From Thermoleophilia bacterium (GTDB lineage Bacteria; Actinomycetota; Thermoleophilia; UBA2241), in assembly GCA_017882325.1 (NCBI GenBank), contig JADGPQ010000001.1, forward strand, positions 541 through 64,540: a stretch of 64,000 nucleotides of DNA, given 5' to 3'. Each line of letters opens with the position of its first letter. The first letter of the stretch is position 1. Position numbers and translations under genes: made by a program. The notes beneath the pieces are model-generated. The model saw nothing but the letters and a program-made list of their open reading frames with translations, did no database searches and was not told the origin of the DNA. Shown in pieces: positions 48,468 to 58,689 of this stretch.

Positions 48468-49918
48468 GCGCTTGGGAACCGGTCATCGGCCTCGAGATGC
48501 ACGTGGAGCTCGACACGCGCACCAAGATGTTCTGCGCCTGCGAGGTCACCAAGGGCGACGAGCCCAACCTGCACACGTGCCCCAAGTGCCTCGCGCACCC
48601 GGGCGCGCTGCCCGTGGTCAACGAGCGCGCCGTCGAGTACGCCGCGCGCATCGCCCTGGCGCTCAACTGCAGCGTGCAGCCGCGCAACATCTTCCACCGC
48701 AAGAACTACTTCTATCCCGACCTGCCCAAGGCGTATCAGATCAGCCAGTACGATGAGCCGCTCGCCGTCGACGGCTGGTTCGAGTACTGGGTCGACGATG
48801 AGAAGCTCGGCTGTCGCATCAACCGCGTGCACATGGAGGAGGACGCCGCCAAGCTGGTGCACGCGGGCGGAGACGCCGGGCGCATCGCCGGCTCCGATTT
48901 CTCCATGGTCGACTTCAACCGCGGCGGCACGCCGCTCATCGAGATCGTCAGCGAGCCCGACATCCCCTCGCCGGAGGCGGCTCGCGAGTTCCTCCAGCAG
49001 CTCCGCAATCTCGTCATTGAGCTGGGCGTGAGCGAATGCAACATGGAGGAAGGGCAGATCCGCTGGGACGCCAACATCAGCGTGCGGCCCGAAGGGAGCG
49101 CCGAGCTGGGGACCCGTACCGAGCTCAAGAACATGAACAGCTTCCGCTATCTGCAACAGGCGCTCGAAGCCGAGATCCCGCGCCAGGTCGAGATCATCGA
49201 GGCCGGCGGACGGATCGACCTCGAGACCCTGCACTTCGACCCGGACACCGGCAGCACGACGCCGCTGCGCTCGAAAGAGGAGGCTCACGACTACCGCTAC
49301 TTCCCCGAGCCCGACCTGGTGCCGCTGGTCATCGACCCGGATTGGGTCGAGGGTCTGCGCGCGACGCAGCCGGAGCTGCCGGCGGCGCGCGCCGAACGGT
49401 TCATGTCGCAGTACAGCCTCTCGCGCGCGGACGCCCTCGTGCTCGGCAGCTCGCACGCGCTGGCCGCGTTCTACGAGGAGGTCGTGGCGCTGGGGGCCGG
49501 CGCCAAGCCGGTGGCCAACTGGACGATGGGCGAGTACCTCGCCCATCTCAACGCCGCCGGCCTCGAGGCCGGCCACGGCCACGTCACCGCCGAACGCCTC
49601 GCTAAGCTGGTCAAGCTCGTCGAGGACGGCACCGTGTCGACGAGCTCCGGCAAGGACGTCTTCGCCAGGATGATCGCCGAGAGGGCCGAGCCCGAGGAGA
49701 TCGTCGAGAGACACGGCCTCGGCCAGATCAGCGACATGTCGAAGCTCAAGGCCGCCGTCGCTCGGGTGGTCGCCGACAATCCGGCGCAGGTCGAGCAGTA
49801 CCGCGGCGGCAAGCAGCAGGTGCTGGGCTTCTTCGTCGGGCAGATCATGAAGGCCACCGGGGGGCGCGCCAACCCGCAGCTTGTCAACGAGCTGCTGCGC
49901 AAAGCGCTGGACGGCTGA
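48464..49918 (+). CDS. gatB: Asp-tRNA(Asn)/Glu-tRNA(Gln) amidotransferase subunit B
   Basis: WEPVIGLEMHVEL...KMFCAC N-terminus and full-length GatB similarity; ATGA overlap with gatA. Confidence 0.95.
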   Translation: MSAWEPVIGLEMHVELDTRTKMFCACEVTKGDEPNLHTCPKCLAHPGALPVVNERAVEYAARIALALNCSVQPRNIFHRKNYFYPDLPKAYQISQYDEPLAVDGWFEYWVDDEKLGCRINRVHMEEDAAKLVHAGGDAGRIAGSDFSMVDFNRGGTPLIEIVSEPDIPSPEAAREFLQQLRNLVIELGVSECNMEEGQIRWDANISVRPEGSAELGTRTELKNMNSFRYLQQALEAEIPRQVEIIEAGGRIDLETLHFDPDTGSTTPLRSKEEAHDYRYFPEPDLVPLVIDPDWVEGLRATQPELPAARAERFMSQYSLSRADALVLGSSHALAAFYEEVVALGAGAKPVANWTMGEYLAHLNAAGLEAGHGHVTAERLAKLVKLVEDGTVSTSSGKDVFARMIAERAEPEEIVERHGLGQISDMSKLKAAVARVVADNPAQVEQYRGGKQQVLGFFVGQIMKATGGRANPQLVNELLRKALDG

Positions 49919-50089
49919 GCCTTCTTGCCTGCCCTCGCTGGCCTGTGGGACAATGAACGTGTCTTGGAGCCGCGCGCTGCCGCCCAGCATCGCGAGTCGC
50001 CTTTCTCTCACACCGCAGGCTCATCCCACGGTAGCGCCGTCCTCGGGGCCGGGGCGCGTGGCGGTACCCGCGTCGACAGGTAGGTGCGC

Positions 50090-51331
50090 ATGACCAGCGA
50101 CCTCTCGAGTTTCGTCATCGCCAGGGCCCGGCCGGCCGAGCCGGCGGTGCGCATCGACGACACGACGCTGCGCGACGGGGAGCAGACGGCCGGCGTCGTC
50201 TTCTCCAACCACGAGAAGATCCGCATCGCCAAGCTTCTCGACGAGGTCGGCGTCCACCAGATCGAGGTGGGCATCCCCGCCATGGGCGGCGACGAGAAGG
50301 CGACGATCAGGGAGATCGTCGACCTCGGGCTCGACGCCTCCATCCTCGCCTGGAACCGGGCCGTCATCGAGGACGTCAGGCACTCGCTCGACTGCGGAGT
50401 CGACGCCGTGGCCATCTCGATGTCGGCCAGCGACATCCACATCGAGCACAAGCTGGCCAAGTCGCGGCAGTGGGTCCTCGACCAGATTCGCGAGTGCGTG
50501 GCCTTCGCCAAGGATAAGAACCTCTACGTCTCGGTCAACGCCGAGGACGCCTCACGCGCCGATCTCGAGTTTCTGCTGCGCTTCAGCCAGGCCGCCAAGG
50601 AGGAGGGCGCCGACCGCCTGCGTTTCTGCGACACGCTCGGCATCCTCGACCCGTTCGATACCTTCAACGTCATCACGTTCCTCAAGAAACAGGGCGGGCT
50701 CGACATCGAGATGCACACCCACGACGACTTCGGCATGGCGACGGCCAACGCGCTCGCCGGCATCAAGGCCGGAGCCACCTACGTCAACACCACCGTCAAC
50801 GGTCTCGGGGAGCGCGCCGGCAACGCCGCCCTCGAGGAGGTCGTCATGGCGCTCAAGTACCTCGGCAAGGTGGATGTGGGCCTGCACACGAGCCGCTTCC
50901 GCGAGCTCAGCGAATACGTGGCCGCCGCCTCGGCGCGCACCATCCCGGCCTGGAAGAGTATCGTCGGCACCAACGTCTTCGCCCACGAAAGCGGCATCCA
51001 CGCCGACGGGGTCATCAAGAACCCGCTCAACTACGAAGCGTTCGCCCCCGAGGACGTCGGCCTCGAACGCCAGATCGTGGTGGGCAAGCACTCCGGGTCG
51101 CGCACCATCTACCGCAAGTTCCAGGAGTTCGGCCTGGAGCTCACGCAGGCCGACTGCGACGGCGTCCTCGCCCTGGTGCGCAAGACGGCCGTGGAGCTCA
51201 AGCGAGCCCTCTTCGACAAGGAGCTCATGTACATCTATCAGGACTATCTGGCGCGCCTCGGCGACGCCGTGCCCATGGGCAAGCGGGCGGACGGCGCAGC
51301 CGCGGCCGAGACCGCCGGAGCGTCTTCGTGA
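50090..51331 (+). CDS. homocitrate synthase / (R)-citramalate synthase / 2-isopropylmalate synthase family enzyme, short form (no LeuA regulatory domain)
   Basis: HMGL-like TIM barrel (IDDTTLRDGEQ...HTHDDFGMATANALAGIKAGATYV), about 413 aa. Confidence 0.75.
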   Translation: MTSDLSSFVIARARPAEPAVRIDDTTLRDGEQTAGVVFSNHEKIRIAKLLDEVGVHQIEVGIPAMGGDEKATIREIVDLGLDASILAWNRAVIEDVRHSLDCGVDAVAISMSASDIHIEHKLAKSRQWVLDQIRECVAFAKDKNLYVSVNAEDASRADLEFLLRFSQAAKEEGADRLRFCDTLGILDPFDTFNVITFLKKQGGLDIEMHTHDDFGMATANALAGIKAGATYVNTTVNGLGERAGNAALEEVVMALKYLGKVDVGLHTSRFRELSEYVAAASARTIPAWKSIVGTNVFAHESGIHADGVIKNPLNYEAFAPEDVGLERQIVVGKHSGSRTIYRKFQEFGLELTQADCDGVLALVRKTAVELKRALFDKELMYIYQDYLARLGDAVPMGKRADGAAAAETAGASS

Positions 51332-52584
51332 CCGCGCTCACCCTCGCCGAGAAGATCCTCGCGGCGCGCGCCGGCCTCGGCACGGTCGTGCCCGGGCAGA
51401 TCGTCGTGGCCGCCGTCGACGTGGCCATCGCCCAGGACGGCACGGGGCCGCTCGCCATCGAGCAGCTCGAGGCGCTCGGCGCCGCCACCGTCAAGGCGCC
51501 GACCTGCGTGTTCTTCATCGACCACGCCGCCCCGGCGCCGCGCAGCGAGCTGGCCAATGCGCAGAAGACGATCAGGGCGTTCTGCGCGTCCTCCGGCGCC
51601 ACGCTCAGCGACGTCGAGATGGGCGTCTGCCACCAGAGGGTCGCCGAGAGCTACGCACGGCCCGGCGACCTGGTCATCGGCGCCGACTCGCACACCTGCA
51701 TGGCGGGCGCCCTCGGAGCATTTGCGACGGGCATGGGCAGCACCGACGTCGCCGTCGGCATGGCCAGCGGCCAGACCTGGCTGCGCGTGCCCGAGACGTT
51801 TCGTATCGAGGTCGCCGGCGTGCTGCGCGACGGCGTCGAAGCCAAGGATCTGATGCTCACGCTGATCGGCGCCATTGGCGCCGACGGCGCCACGTACAAG
51901 GCGCTCGAGTTCGGCGGGACGGGCATCGACGTTCTGCCAATGCCCGGCCGCTTCACGCTCAGCAACATGGCGGTGGAGGCCGGCGCGAAGGCGGGCCTCA
52001 TGCCCAGCGACGACACGACGCGCGAGTTCCTCATCGGTCAGGGCCGCGAGGAGGTCTGGCGGCCGCTCGCCGCCGACCCCGGCGCCGCCTACGAGAGCGT
52101 CGTCGAGTCCGACGCCCGTGCCATCGTCCCGATGGTGGCCCGTCCGCACACGGTAGACAACACGGCGCCGGTCGCGGAGCTCAAGGGCACCAGGGTCGAC
52201 CAGGTGCTCATCGGCACGTGCACCAACGGGCGGCTTGCCGACCTGCGCTCGGCGGCGCGCCTGCTGCGCGGGCGCCGCCGAGCCTCCCACACGCGTCTCA
52301 TCGTCACGCCGGCCTCTCAGGCCGTGGCGCGAGCCGCGGCTGCGGAGGGCCTGTTCGACGTGTTCTGGGATGCCGGAGCCGTGGTCACCAACCCCGGCTG
52401 CGGCGCCTGCGTCGGCATCCACGAGGGCATCCTCGCCGACGGCGAGGTCTGCCTCAGCACCGCCAATCGCAACTTCCACGGGCGCATGGGCAACCCCGAG
52501 GCGTCCATCTATTTGGCCTCGCCGGCCACCGCGGCCGCCACGGCCGTGGCCGGCGAGATCACCGATCCCCGTGAACTGCTCTAG
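51328..52584 (+). CDS. 3-isopropylmalate dehydratase / homoaconitase large subunit (archaeal-type aconitase family)
   Basis: aconitase family Cys ligands ([26 protein letters not shown]); GTGA overlap upstream; ends TAG. Confidence 0.8.
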   Translation: MTALTLAEKILAARAGLGTVVPGQIVVAAVDVAIAQDGTGPLAIEQLEALGAATVKAPTCVFFIDHAAPAPRSELANAQKTIRAFCASSGATLSDVEMGVCHQRVAESYARPGDLVIGADSHTCMAGALGAFATGMGSTDVAVGMASGQTWLRVPETFRIEVAGVLRDGVEAKDLMLTLIGAIGADGATYKALEFGGTGIDVLPMPGRFTLSNMAVEAGAKAGLMPSDDTTREFLIGQGREEVWRPLAADPGAAYESVVESDARAIVPMVARPHTVDNTAPVAELKGTRVDQVLIGTCTNGRLADLRSAARLLRGRRRASHTRLIVTPASQAVARAAAAEGLFDVFWDAGAVVTNPGCGACVGIHEGILADGEVCLSTANRNFHGRMGNPEASIYLASPATAAATAVAGEITDPRELL

Positions 52585-52597
52585 GAAGGAGGACGCC

Positions 52598-53119
52598 GTG
52601 GCCAAGCAATACGACGCGCCGCCGCCGTTGGTCATCGACCCCGCCAAGCGCTTCACCGCCACCATCAGCACCGACCAGGGCGACATCGTCATCGAGCTCT
52701 ACGCGGACAAGGCGCTCGCGACGGTCAACAACTTCGTGTTCCTGGCTCGCGAGGGCTTTTACGACGGCGTCACGTTTCATCGCGTCATCAAGGGGTTCAT
52801 GGCGCAGGGCGGCGACCCAACCGGCAGTGGCAGCGGCGGCCCCGGCTACCGCTTCGCCGACGAGTTCCACCCGGCGCTCAAGCACGACCAGCCCGGCATC
52901 CTGTCGATGGCCAACGCCGGCCCGAACACGAACGGGTCGCAGTTCTTCATCACGTACCGCGACGCGCCCCATCTCGACGGCAAACACGCCGTGTTCGGGC
53001 GCGTCATCGAAGGCATGGACGTCCTCGAGGCCATCCCCGAGCGAGACCCTACGCGCGCGCGTGAGCCCGGCCTCGCGATGAACAGCATCACGGTCCATGA
53101 GGAGGAATGGATCACGTGA
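52598..53119 (+). CDS. cyclophilin-type peptidyl-prolyl cis-trans isomerase
   Basis: [31 protein letters not shown] cyclophilin motifs; GGAAGGAGG RBS before GTG. Confidence 0.85.
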   Translation: MAKQYDAPPPLVIDPAKRFTATISTDQGDIVIELYADKALATVNNFVFLAREGFYDGVTFHRVIKGFMAQGGDPTGSGSGGPGYRFADEFHPALKHDQPGILSMANAGPNTNGSQFFITYRDAPHLDGKHAVFGRVIEGMDVLEAIPERDPTRAREPGLAMNSITVHEEEWIT

Positions 53120-53631
53120 GCGAGGAGCTGCTACGCGGCAAGGCTTGGCTTTTCGGCGACGACATCTCCACCGACCACATCGCCCCGGGCCGCCTGTTCC
53201 ACCTACGCACCGACCTCCCCGAGCTGGCCAAGCACGTCCTCGAGGACGCACGTCCGGAGTTTGCCGCGTCTCTGGCGCCCGGCGACTTCGTCGTGGGCAG
53301 GCGCAACTTCGGCCTCGGATCCAGCCGGGAGCACGCGCCGCGTATCATCAAGCTCGCCGGCGCGGGTGCGGTGATTGCTCAGAGCTTCGCTCGTATCTTC
53401 TTCCGCAACGCCATCAACGTCGGCTTGCCCGTGCTGCAGTGCGACACGAGCGGCATCGGCGAGCAGGACGACCTCGAGGTCGTCTTGATCGCCGGCGAGG
53501 TGCGCGATCTCACGAGCGGAGCCGTCATCCCGTTCGTGCCCCTGCCGCCGGTGATGGTGACGATCTTGAACGACGGCGGCCTGGTGGCGCACGTCAAGAA
53601 GCACGGCGGCTTTGCATTGCCTCAGGGCTGA
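53107..53631 (+). CDS. 3-isopropylmalate dehydratase / homoaconitase small subunit (short archaeal type)
   Basis: aconitase swivel domain ([11 protein letters not shown]...[12 protein letters not shown]). Confidence 0.8.
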   Translation: MDHVSEELLRGKAWLFGDDISTDHIAPGRLFHLRTDLPELAKHVLEDARPEFAASLAPGDFVVGRRNFGLGSSREHAPRIIKLAGAGAVIAQSFARIFFRNAINVGLPVLQCDTSGIGEQDDLEVVLIAGEVRDLTSGAVIPFVPLPPVMVTILNDGGLVAHVKKHGGFALPQG

Positions 53632-53684
53632 CCGGCCCCGCGAGGCGCCATCAGCCCGTTGAGATCCGAGACCACAGGAGCTAC

Positions 53685-54689
53685 ATGACCTTTACAGTCA
53701 CCCTGATCCCGGGCGACGGCACCGGCCCCGAGCTCGCCGCCGCCCTCGAGACCGTGATCGCCGCGACCGGCGTACCGATCCTGTGGGAAGTGCACGACGC
53801 CGGCGTGGATGTGATGAAGGAGTATGGCACGCCGCTGCCCGAGCACGTCCTCGACTCCATCCGTCGCACCAGAGTGGCGATCAAGGGACCCATCACGACA
53901 CCGGTCGGCCACGGATTTCGGAGTGTGAACGTGGCCCTGCGCAAAGAGCTCGATCTCTACGCCTGCCTGCGCCCCTCCAAGTCGATGAAGGGCGTGCGCA
54001 GCCGCTTTGAGGATATCGACCTCGTCGTCGTCCGCGAGAACACGGAAGACCTCTACGCAGGCATCGAGCACATGGTCGGCGAGGACGCGGCGGAGAGCAT
54101 CAAGATCATCACCCGCAAAGGCAGCGAACGTATCGTGCGGTTTGCCTTCGAGTACGCGCGCCGGCGCGGCCGCCGCAAGGTCACCGCCGTGCACAAGGCC
54201 AACATCATGAAGTGCACCGACGGGCTCTTTCTGCGCGTCGCCGGCGAAGTGGCCGCGCGGTACCCGGACATCGAGTTCGAGGATCGCATCGTCGACAACA
54301 TGTGCATGCAGCTCGTCCAGAAGCCGGAGCTCTACGACGTGCTGGTGCTGCCCAATCTGTACGGCGACATCGTCAGCGACCTGTGCGCCGGTCTCATCGG
54401 CGGCCTCGGCGTGGCGCCGGGCGCCAACTTCGGCGACGACATCGCCGTGTTCGAGCCCGTGCACGGCAGCGCCCCCAAGTACGCCGGCCGGGACAAGGTC
54501 AACCCCATGGCGCTGCTGCGCTCGGGCGTTCTGCTGCTCGAGCATCTCGGCGAGGACGCCGCGGCGCGCCGCATGGAGGACGCCATCGCGGCCGTCGTCG
54601 CCGAGGGCAAGGACGTGACCTACGACCTGGGCGGCACGGCCGGCACCAGCAGCATGGCCGCCGCCATCGCACGCCGCATCCAAAGTTAG
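53685..54689 (+). CDS. homoisocitrate/isocitrate/3-isopropylmalate dehydrogenase family (Thermus HICDH-like NAD enzyme)
   Basis: [52 protein letters not shown]; ends TAG. Confidence 0.8.
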   Translation: MTFTVTLIPGDGTGPELAAALETVIAATGVPILWEVHDAGVDVMKEYGTPLPEHVLDSIRRTRVAIKGPITTPVGHGFRSVNVALRKELDLYACLRPSKSMKGVRSRFEDIDLVVVRENTEDLYAGIEHMVGEDAAESIKIITRKGSERIVRFAFEYARRRGRRKVTAVHKANIMKCTDGLFLRVAGEVAARYPDIEFEDRIVDNMCMQLVQKPELYDVLVLPNLYGDIVSDLCAGLIGGLGVAPGANFGDDIAVFEPVHGSAPKYAGRDKVNPMALLRSGVLLLEHLGEDAAARRMEDAIAAVVAEGKDVTYDLGGTAGTSSMAAAIARRIQS

Positions 54690-54730
54690 CGCGCCGCCCG
54701 CCCGCCGGGCGCGCCCGCAAAGGAGGCTTC

Positions 54731-55021
54731 ATGGAGGAGCAAGAGAAGCACATCAACCTGCACGCCACCCCTGAGATGATGGCGGGCGTCTACGCCAACT
54801 TCGCCAACGTCAGCCACTCGGACTACGAGTTCTCGATCACGTTCGTGCGCCTCGACCATGAGAGTGAGGAGCCGGGCGAGATGCAAGGCGTTGTCGTCAG
54901 CCGCGTCAACCTCTCGGCGCGCTTCCTCAAGGAACTGCTCGACGCCATGGCCGACAATTACAGCAAGTGGCAGGCCGCCGAGAACATCAGAGACCTGCCG
55001 GAGGCGCCGGGCCGCGATTAG
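54731..55021 (+). CDS. DUF3467-like small protein
   Basis: GVYANFANVSHSDYEFSITF signature; AAAGGAGG RBS. Confidence 0.6.
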   Translation: MEEQEKHINLHATPEMMAGVYANFANVSHSDYEFSITFVRLDHESEEPGEMQGVVVSRVNLSARFLKELLDAMADNYSKWQAAENIRDLPEAPGRD

Positions 55022-55040
55022 CCGCCGTAGGCGCGCTAAG

Positions 55041-55068
55041 GTCGGGTGCGCCGAAAGGCTCACCCGAC
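55041..55068 (+). repeat. perfect 8-bp stem hairpin GTCGGGTG-N12-CACCCGAC inside a repeat-containing aor leader
   Basis: inverted repeat seen directly; part of imperfect direct repeat TAAGGT..GTGCGCCGA (55035-55057 / 55093-55107) and GAATGGCSAAGC (55160-55173 / 55249-55262). Confidence 0.4.
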
Positions 55069-55246
55069 ACTGACCAGCGCAGCCGGGTCAACGTAAGGTG
55101 CGCCGACAGGCCAACCGAACACAAGCGCGGCGACGCCGACGCGGCCGACGCGCCTGCCGGAATGGCCAAGCGAAGCCCCTTTTCGGCTCCGTTTTGCCCT
55201 GCAAGATGGCGGTTTCTCCGCTGTTGCTCCGCCTCCGGCCGTTGGC

Positions 55247-55252
55247 TAGAAT
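55247..55252 (+). promoter_or_regulatory. -10-like hexamer TAGAAT upstream of aor (same GCTAGAATGG context as upstream of argS at 15169-15174)
   Basis: sequence motif only; implies about 90-nt 5' UTR before TTG 55344. Confidence 0.3.
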
Positions 55253-55343
55253 GGCGAAGCCGGTAAGCCCACCGTTTCCCGCCCCGATGGCTAGTTCGCG
55301 ACGCCCGCGGAGCGGGGAAGGAGTACGTCGTCAGGAGGACGCA

Positions 55344-57122
55344 TTGGATTTCTACCAAGGCAAAGTGCTCAAGATCGACCTGAGCGCGGGCACTGCCATC
55401 GTCGAGCCGCTCAACATGGAGTGGGCGGAGTTGTACATCGGCGGCAAGGGCCTCATGCTGCGCTACCTGTGGGAGCTCACCGAGCCTGGCCTCGACCCAT
55501 GGTCACCTGACAACCCCTTCATCGTGGCCACCGGCCCCTTCGCCGGCACAAACGTCAGCACGTGTTCGCGCGTCGTCATCGGCGGCAAGAGCCCGGCCTC
55601 GGGCACCATGCTCGACAGCTACATGGGCGGCTCGTTTGGTTCCATCCTCAAGTTCGCCGGCTACGACATGGTCATCGTCCAGGGCCTGGCGCCGCAGCTC
55701 AGCACCATCCTCATCAAGGACGACGTCGTCACCCTCGCCCCCTGCCCCGCGTACACGGGCATGAAGACGTCCGAGATCGAAGCGGCTCTGCGCGCCGACT
55801 TCGACGCGAAGATGACCGCCATCAGCATCGGCCCGGCCGGCGAGAGCAAGCTGCCGTGGGCCTGCATCTCCAACGACCAGTATCACAAGGCCGGGCGAGG
55901 CGGCACGGGCGCGCTGCTGGGCTCCAAGAACGTGAAGGCCATCGCCGTTGCCGGCACCGGCAAGGTCACCGTCGGCGACGCCAAGGCGTTCCTCGACGAC
56001 ATCGAGCGCATGGACGCCGACTACATCCTCACGGACGACAACTACTGGGTTCACGAAGAAGGCACGCCCATCCTCGTCGGCATCACCAGTGGCGCGGGGT
56101 GCCAGCCGGTGCGCAACTTCTCGGAGGGTACCAATCCGGACGTCGAGAACATCGACTCCGAGGCCTTCCAGAAGATCCGCGTCAAGAAGCGCGCCTGTTA
56201 CCAGTGCACGCTCGCCTGTCGCAACTTCCACCGCGTCGAGGGCGCCGAAGGCGAAGGCCCGGAGTACGAGACCATCGCGCTCTGCGGCGCCAACGTCGGC
56301 GTCGGTGACATCGACGCGCTGATGAAGTTCAACATCGAATGCGACGAATGGGGCCTCGACACGATCTCCACCGGCAACGTTCTCGGCCTCGCGATGGACA
56401 TGACCGAGAAGGGCATCCACGACTTTGGCGTGCGCTTCGGCGATCTCGATGCCTACCTCAAGGTGCCCGAGCAGCTCGCGACTCGCAGCGGTATCGGCGC
56501 CGAGCTGGCGATGGGTGCCAAGGCCCTTGCCGAGAAGCACGGGTGCCCCGAGCTCGCCATGCATTCCAAGAACCTCGAGATGCCCGGCTACGACCCGCGC
56601 GGCTCGTTCGGGATGAGCATCGCTTACGCGAGCTCGGATCGCGGCGGCTGCCACATGCGCTCGTTCCCCATCGGCGTCGAGGTCGTCGAGGGCAGCATGC
56701 CGGCCGATACGCTGGACTCGAGCAAGGTCGTGTGGAACATCGACTTCCAGAATCACTACGCCTTCAAGTTCTGCGGCATCTGGTGCGACTTCTGGGCCAT
56801 CGACTACGACCAGATGACGCAGCTCATGAAGCACCTCTGGAAACGCGACGTGACCGAGGACGAGCTCAAGGTCGTCGGCGAGCGGGTCTGGAACCTGGGG
56901 CGCCTGTACAATCTGCGCGAAGGCACCGAGAAGAAAGACGATTTCGTGCCCAAGGCGATGCTCGAAAAGCCCTTCACCACCGGCGTCTCCGCCGGCAAGG
57001 TCATCGGCAGCGAGCGCTTCGCCAAGGTAATGGACGAGTACTACGCGACGCGTGGCTGGGACGAGAACGCAGTGCCCACCGAAGACAAGCTCCGGCAACT
57101 CGGCATCGACGTGCGGCTCTGA
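55344..57122 (+). CDS. aor: tungsten-containing aldehyde:ferredoxin oxidoreductase (AOR family)
   Basis: N-terminal FYQGKVLKIDLSAGT...IGGKGL AOR domain 1, C-terminal AOR domains with Cys ligands (CYQCTLACRNFH); AGGAGGA RBS 4 nt before TTG 55344. Confidence 0.85.
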   Translation: MDFYQGKVLKIDLSAGTAIVEPLNMEWAELYIGGKGLMLRYLWELTEPGLDPWSPDNPFIVATGPFAGTNVSTCSRVVIGGKSPASGTMLDSYMGGSFGSILKFAGYDMVIVQGLAPQLSTILIKDDVVTLAPCPAYTGMKTSEIEAALRADFDAKMTAISIGPAGESKLPWACISNDQYHKAGRGGTGALLGSKNVKAIAVAGTGKVTVGDAKAFLDDIERMDADYILTDDNYWVHEEGTPILVGITSGAGCQPVRNFSEGTNPDVENIDSEAFQKIRVKKRACYQCTLACRNFHRVEGAEGEGPEYETIALCGANVGVGDIDALMKFNIECDEWGLDTISTGNVLGLAMDMTEKGIHDFGVRFGDLDAYLKVPEQLATRSGIGAELAMGAKALAEKHGCPELAMHSKNLEMPGYDPRGSFGMSIAYASSDRGGCHMRSFPIGVEVVEGSMPADTLDSSKVVWNIDFQNHYAFKFCGIWCDFWAIDYDQMTQLMKHLWKRDVTEDELKVVGERVWNLGRLYNLREGTEKKDDFVPKAMLEKPFTTGVSAGKVIGSERFAKVMDEYYATRGWDENAVPTEDKLRQLGIDVRL

Positions 57123-57152
57123 CAGCCGGCTCGCGGAAGGAAGGGATCGCAG

Positions 57153-57650
57153 ATGCCCCACGTCATGATCAGCAACAAGAAGTGCACCGGCTGCCACATG
57201 TGCGAGCTGGGCTGCTCGGCATTTCACGAGGGCGGGTTTCAACCCTCGCTGGCTCGGCTCTTCACGGATGTCAACCCCACGACGGCCGTGATCAAGGGTC
57301 ATTCGTGCCTGCAGACCGCCTGCGCCAAGTGCCAGGAGGCCTGTCCGGAGGACGCCATTGTGACCAGGCAGATCACCGTGAAGCCGGCGGGCGAGTTCAG
57401 CAGCAGGGAGAAGAACGGCGATACGGTCACCGGCTTCGTCCTGATCGTGGACGAGTCCAAGTGCACGAACTGCGGCGATTGCTACGAGGTCTGCCCGTAC
57501 GACGTCATCCATGAGCACCCCGCCCGCGAAGTCGCGTTCAAGTGCGATCTGTGCGATGGCGACCCGCAGTGCATCGCCTTCTGCCAGAACAAGTACGTCC
57601 TCGCCGTCGATCTCAAGCTCGACAAGAAAGATAAGGAACTGCGGGCCTGA
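57153..57650 (+). CDS. 4Fe-4S ferredoxin-domain electron-transfer subunit (AorA-like)
   Basis: four CxxCxxCxxxCP-type clusters (CTGCHMC, CAKCQEACP, CTNCGDCYEVCP, CDLCDGDPQC). Confidence 0.8.
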   Translation: MPHVMISNKKCTGCHMCELGCSAFHEGGFQPSLARLFTDVNPTTAVIKGHSCLQTACAKCQEACPEDAIVTRQITVKPAGEFSSREKNGDTVTGFVLIVDESKCTNCGDCYEVCPYDVIHEHPAREVAFKCDLCDGDPQCIAFCQNKYVLAVDLKLDKKDKELRA

Positions 57651-57652
57651 CG

Positions 57653-57922
57653 ATGGCCACGGCTTACGTCAAGCTCCCGGTCGGCATGACCACCGCGGCC
57701 GGTGAACGCGCGGTCCAGTGCCAAGCCGCTACTGTGGCCGAAGCGCTCGAGCAGGCCGTCGCCGTCGAACCGCGGCTCAAGCCGCGCATCTTTCGCGATG
57801 ACGGGCGCATGTGGGCCGGCGTGTTCCTCAATGCCCGCAACATCAACGCGCTCCAGGGTCTCGAGACGCCGCTCAGCGACGGCGACAAGCTCGCCGTGGT
57901 GCCGCCCATCTCGGGTGGCTGA
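57653..57922 (+). CDS. MoaD/ThiS family sulfur-carrier protein (AorD-like)
   Basis: 89 aa, beta-grasp, C-terminal GG. Confidence 0.75.
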   Translation: MATAYVKLPVGMTTAAGERAVQCQAATVAEALEQAVAVEPRLKPRIFRDDGRMWAGVFLNARNINALQGLETPLSDGDKLAVVPPISGG

Positions 57923-57958
57923 AGCGAGTTTCCGACGCCGGCGCAGATGACCGACCAC

Positions 57959-57986
57959 GGGGCGGGCGCCGTACGGCGCCCGCCCC
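57959..57986 (+). terminator. perfect 12-bp hairpin GGGGCGGGCGCC-GTAC-GGCGCCCGCCCC after aor operon
   Basis: seen directly; no U tract (typical for high-GC). Confidence 0.5.
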
Positions 57987-58017
57987 GTCGCTGTCGCGTT
58001 CTGGTACCATCTCGCGC

Positions 58018-58680
58018 ATGAACATCGACGCCGCCAGACGACAGCTTGCCGAAGCGGGGCTCCAGAGCGCCGTCGGCGGCCGCGCCAGCGTTCGCCGTTT
58101 CCTCCCCGACCCCGTCCCACGGGAGGACGTGACGACGATGGTCGAACTGGCGGTGCGTGCGGCCAACGCCGGCAACGCCCAGATGTGGAGGTTCGTTGCC
58201 GTGGACGACGCGGTCACGCAGGTCGCGATGCGTCAGGCCGTCGACGACGCCATCGACGAGATGGCCGCCTGGCCGCAACTCGCCGGCAGCAGCAAAGAGA
58301 TCAAGGCCCTACGGGCCTACGCGACGTTCTTTGTGGACGCGCCGCTGGTGATGGCCGTGTTCGGCCTGCCCTACCTCTCTCGCGCCGACGAGATGCTGCT
58401 CGCCCGCGGTCTCAGCACGGAGGAGCGCGACAGGCTGCGCGCGCGCCCGGACCTGCAGAGCATCGGCGCCGCCGTCCAGCTCTTCTGTTCGGCGGCGCAC
58501 GCCTTGGGCTACGGCTCGTGCTGGATGACGGCCCCCGTACTCGCGGCGCCCGGCATCGAAGGGCTGCTTGGCGTGGAGCCTCCGGCCAGGCTGGTCGCCG
58601 TCGTGCCCGTCGGGCGGCCCGCGGGAGCCGTCAATCCCACGTCACGGCGACCGGTCGGCGAGGTGCTCGAGTTCCGCTGA
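58018..58680 (+). CDS. nitroreductase family protein
   Basis: RSVRRFLPDPVPREDV N-terminus and GYGSCWM motif of NADH oxidase/nitroreductase fold. Confidence 0.7.
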   Translation: MNIDAARRQLAEAGLQSAVGGRASVRRFLPDPVPREDVTTMVELAVRAANAGNAQMWRFVAVDDAVTQVAMRQAVDDAIDEMAAWPQLAGSSKEIKALRAYATFFVDAPLVMAVFGLPYLSRADEMLLARGLSTEERDRLRARPDLQSIGAAVQLFCSAAHALGYGSCWMTAPVLAAPGIEGLLGVEPPARLVAVVPVGRPAGAVNPTSRRPVGEVLEFR

Positions 58681-58689
58681 GCGGCCACG

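Noticed and set aside
55021-55343. Moco/Tuco riboswitch upstream of aor
   Set aside because: I cannot recognise the conserved Moco motif core by eye, and a TAGAAT promoter box lies only about 90 nt upstream of the start, leaving little room for a 130-nt aptamer. Kept as a generic structured-leader finding pending covariance-model search.
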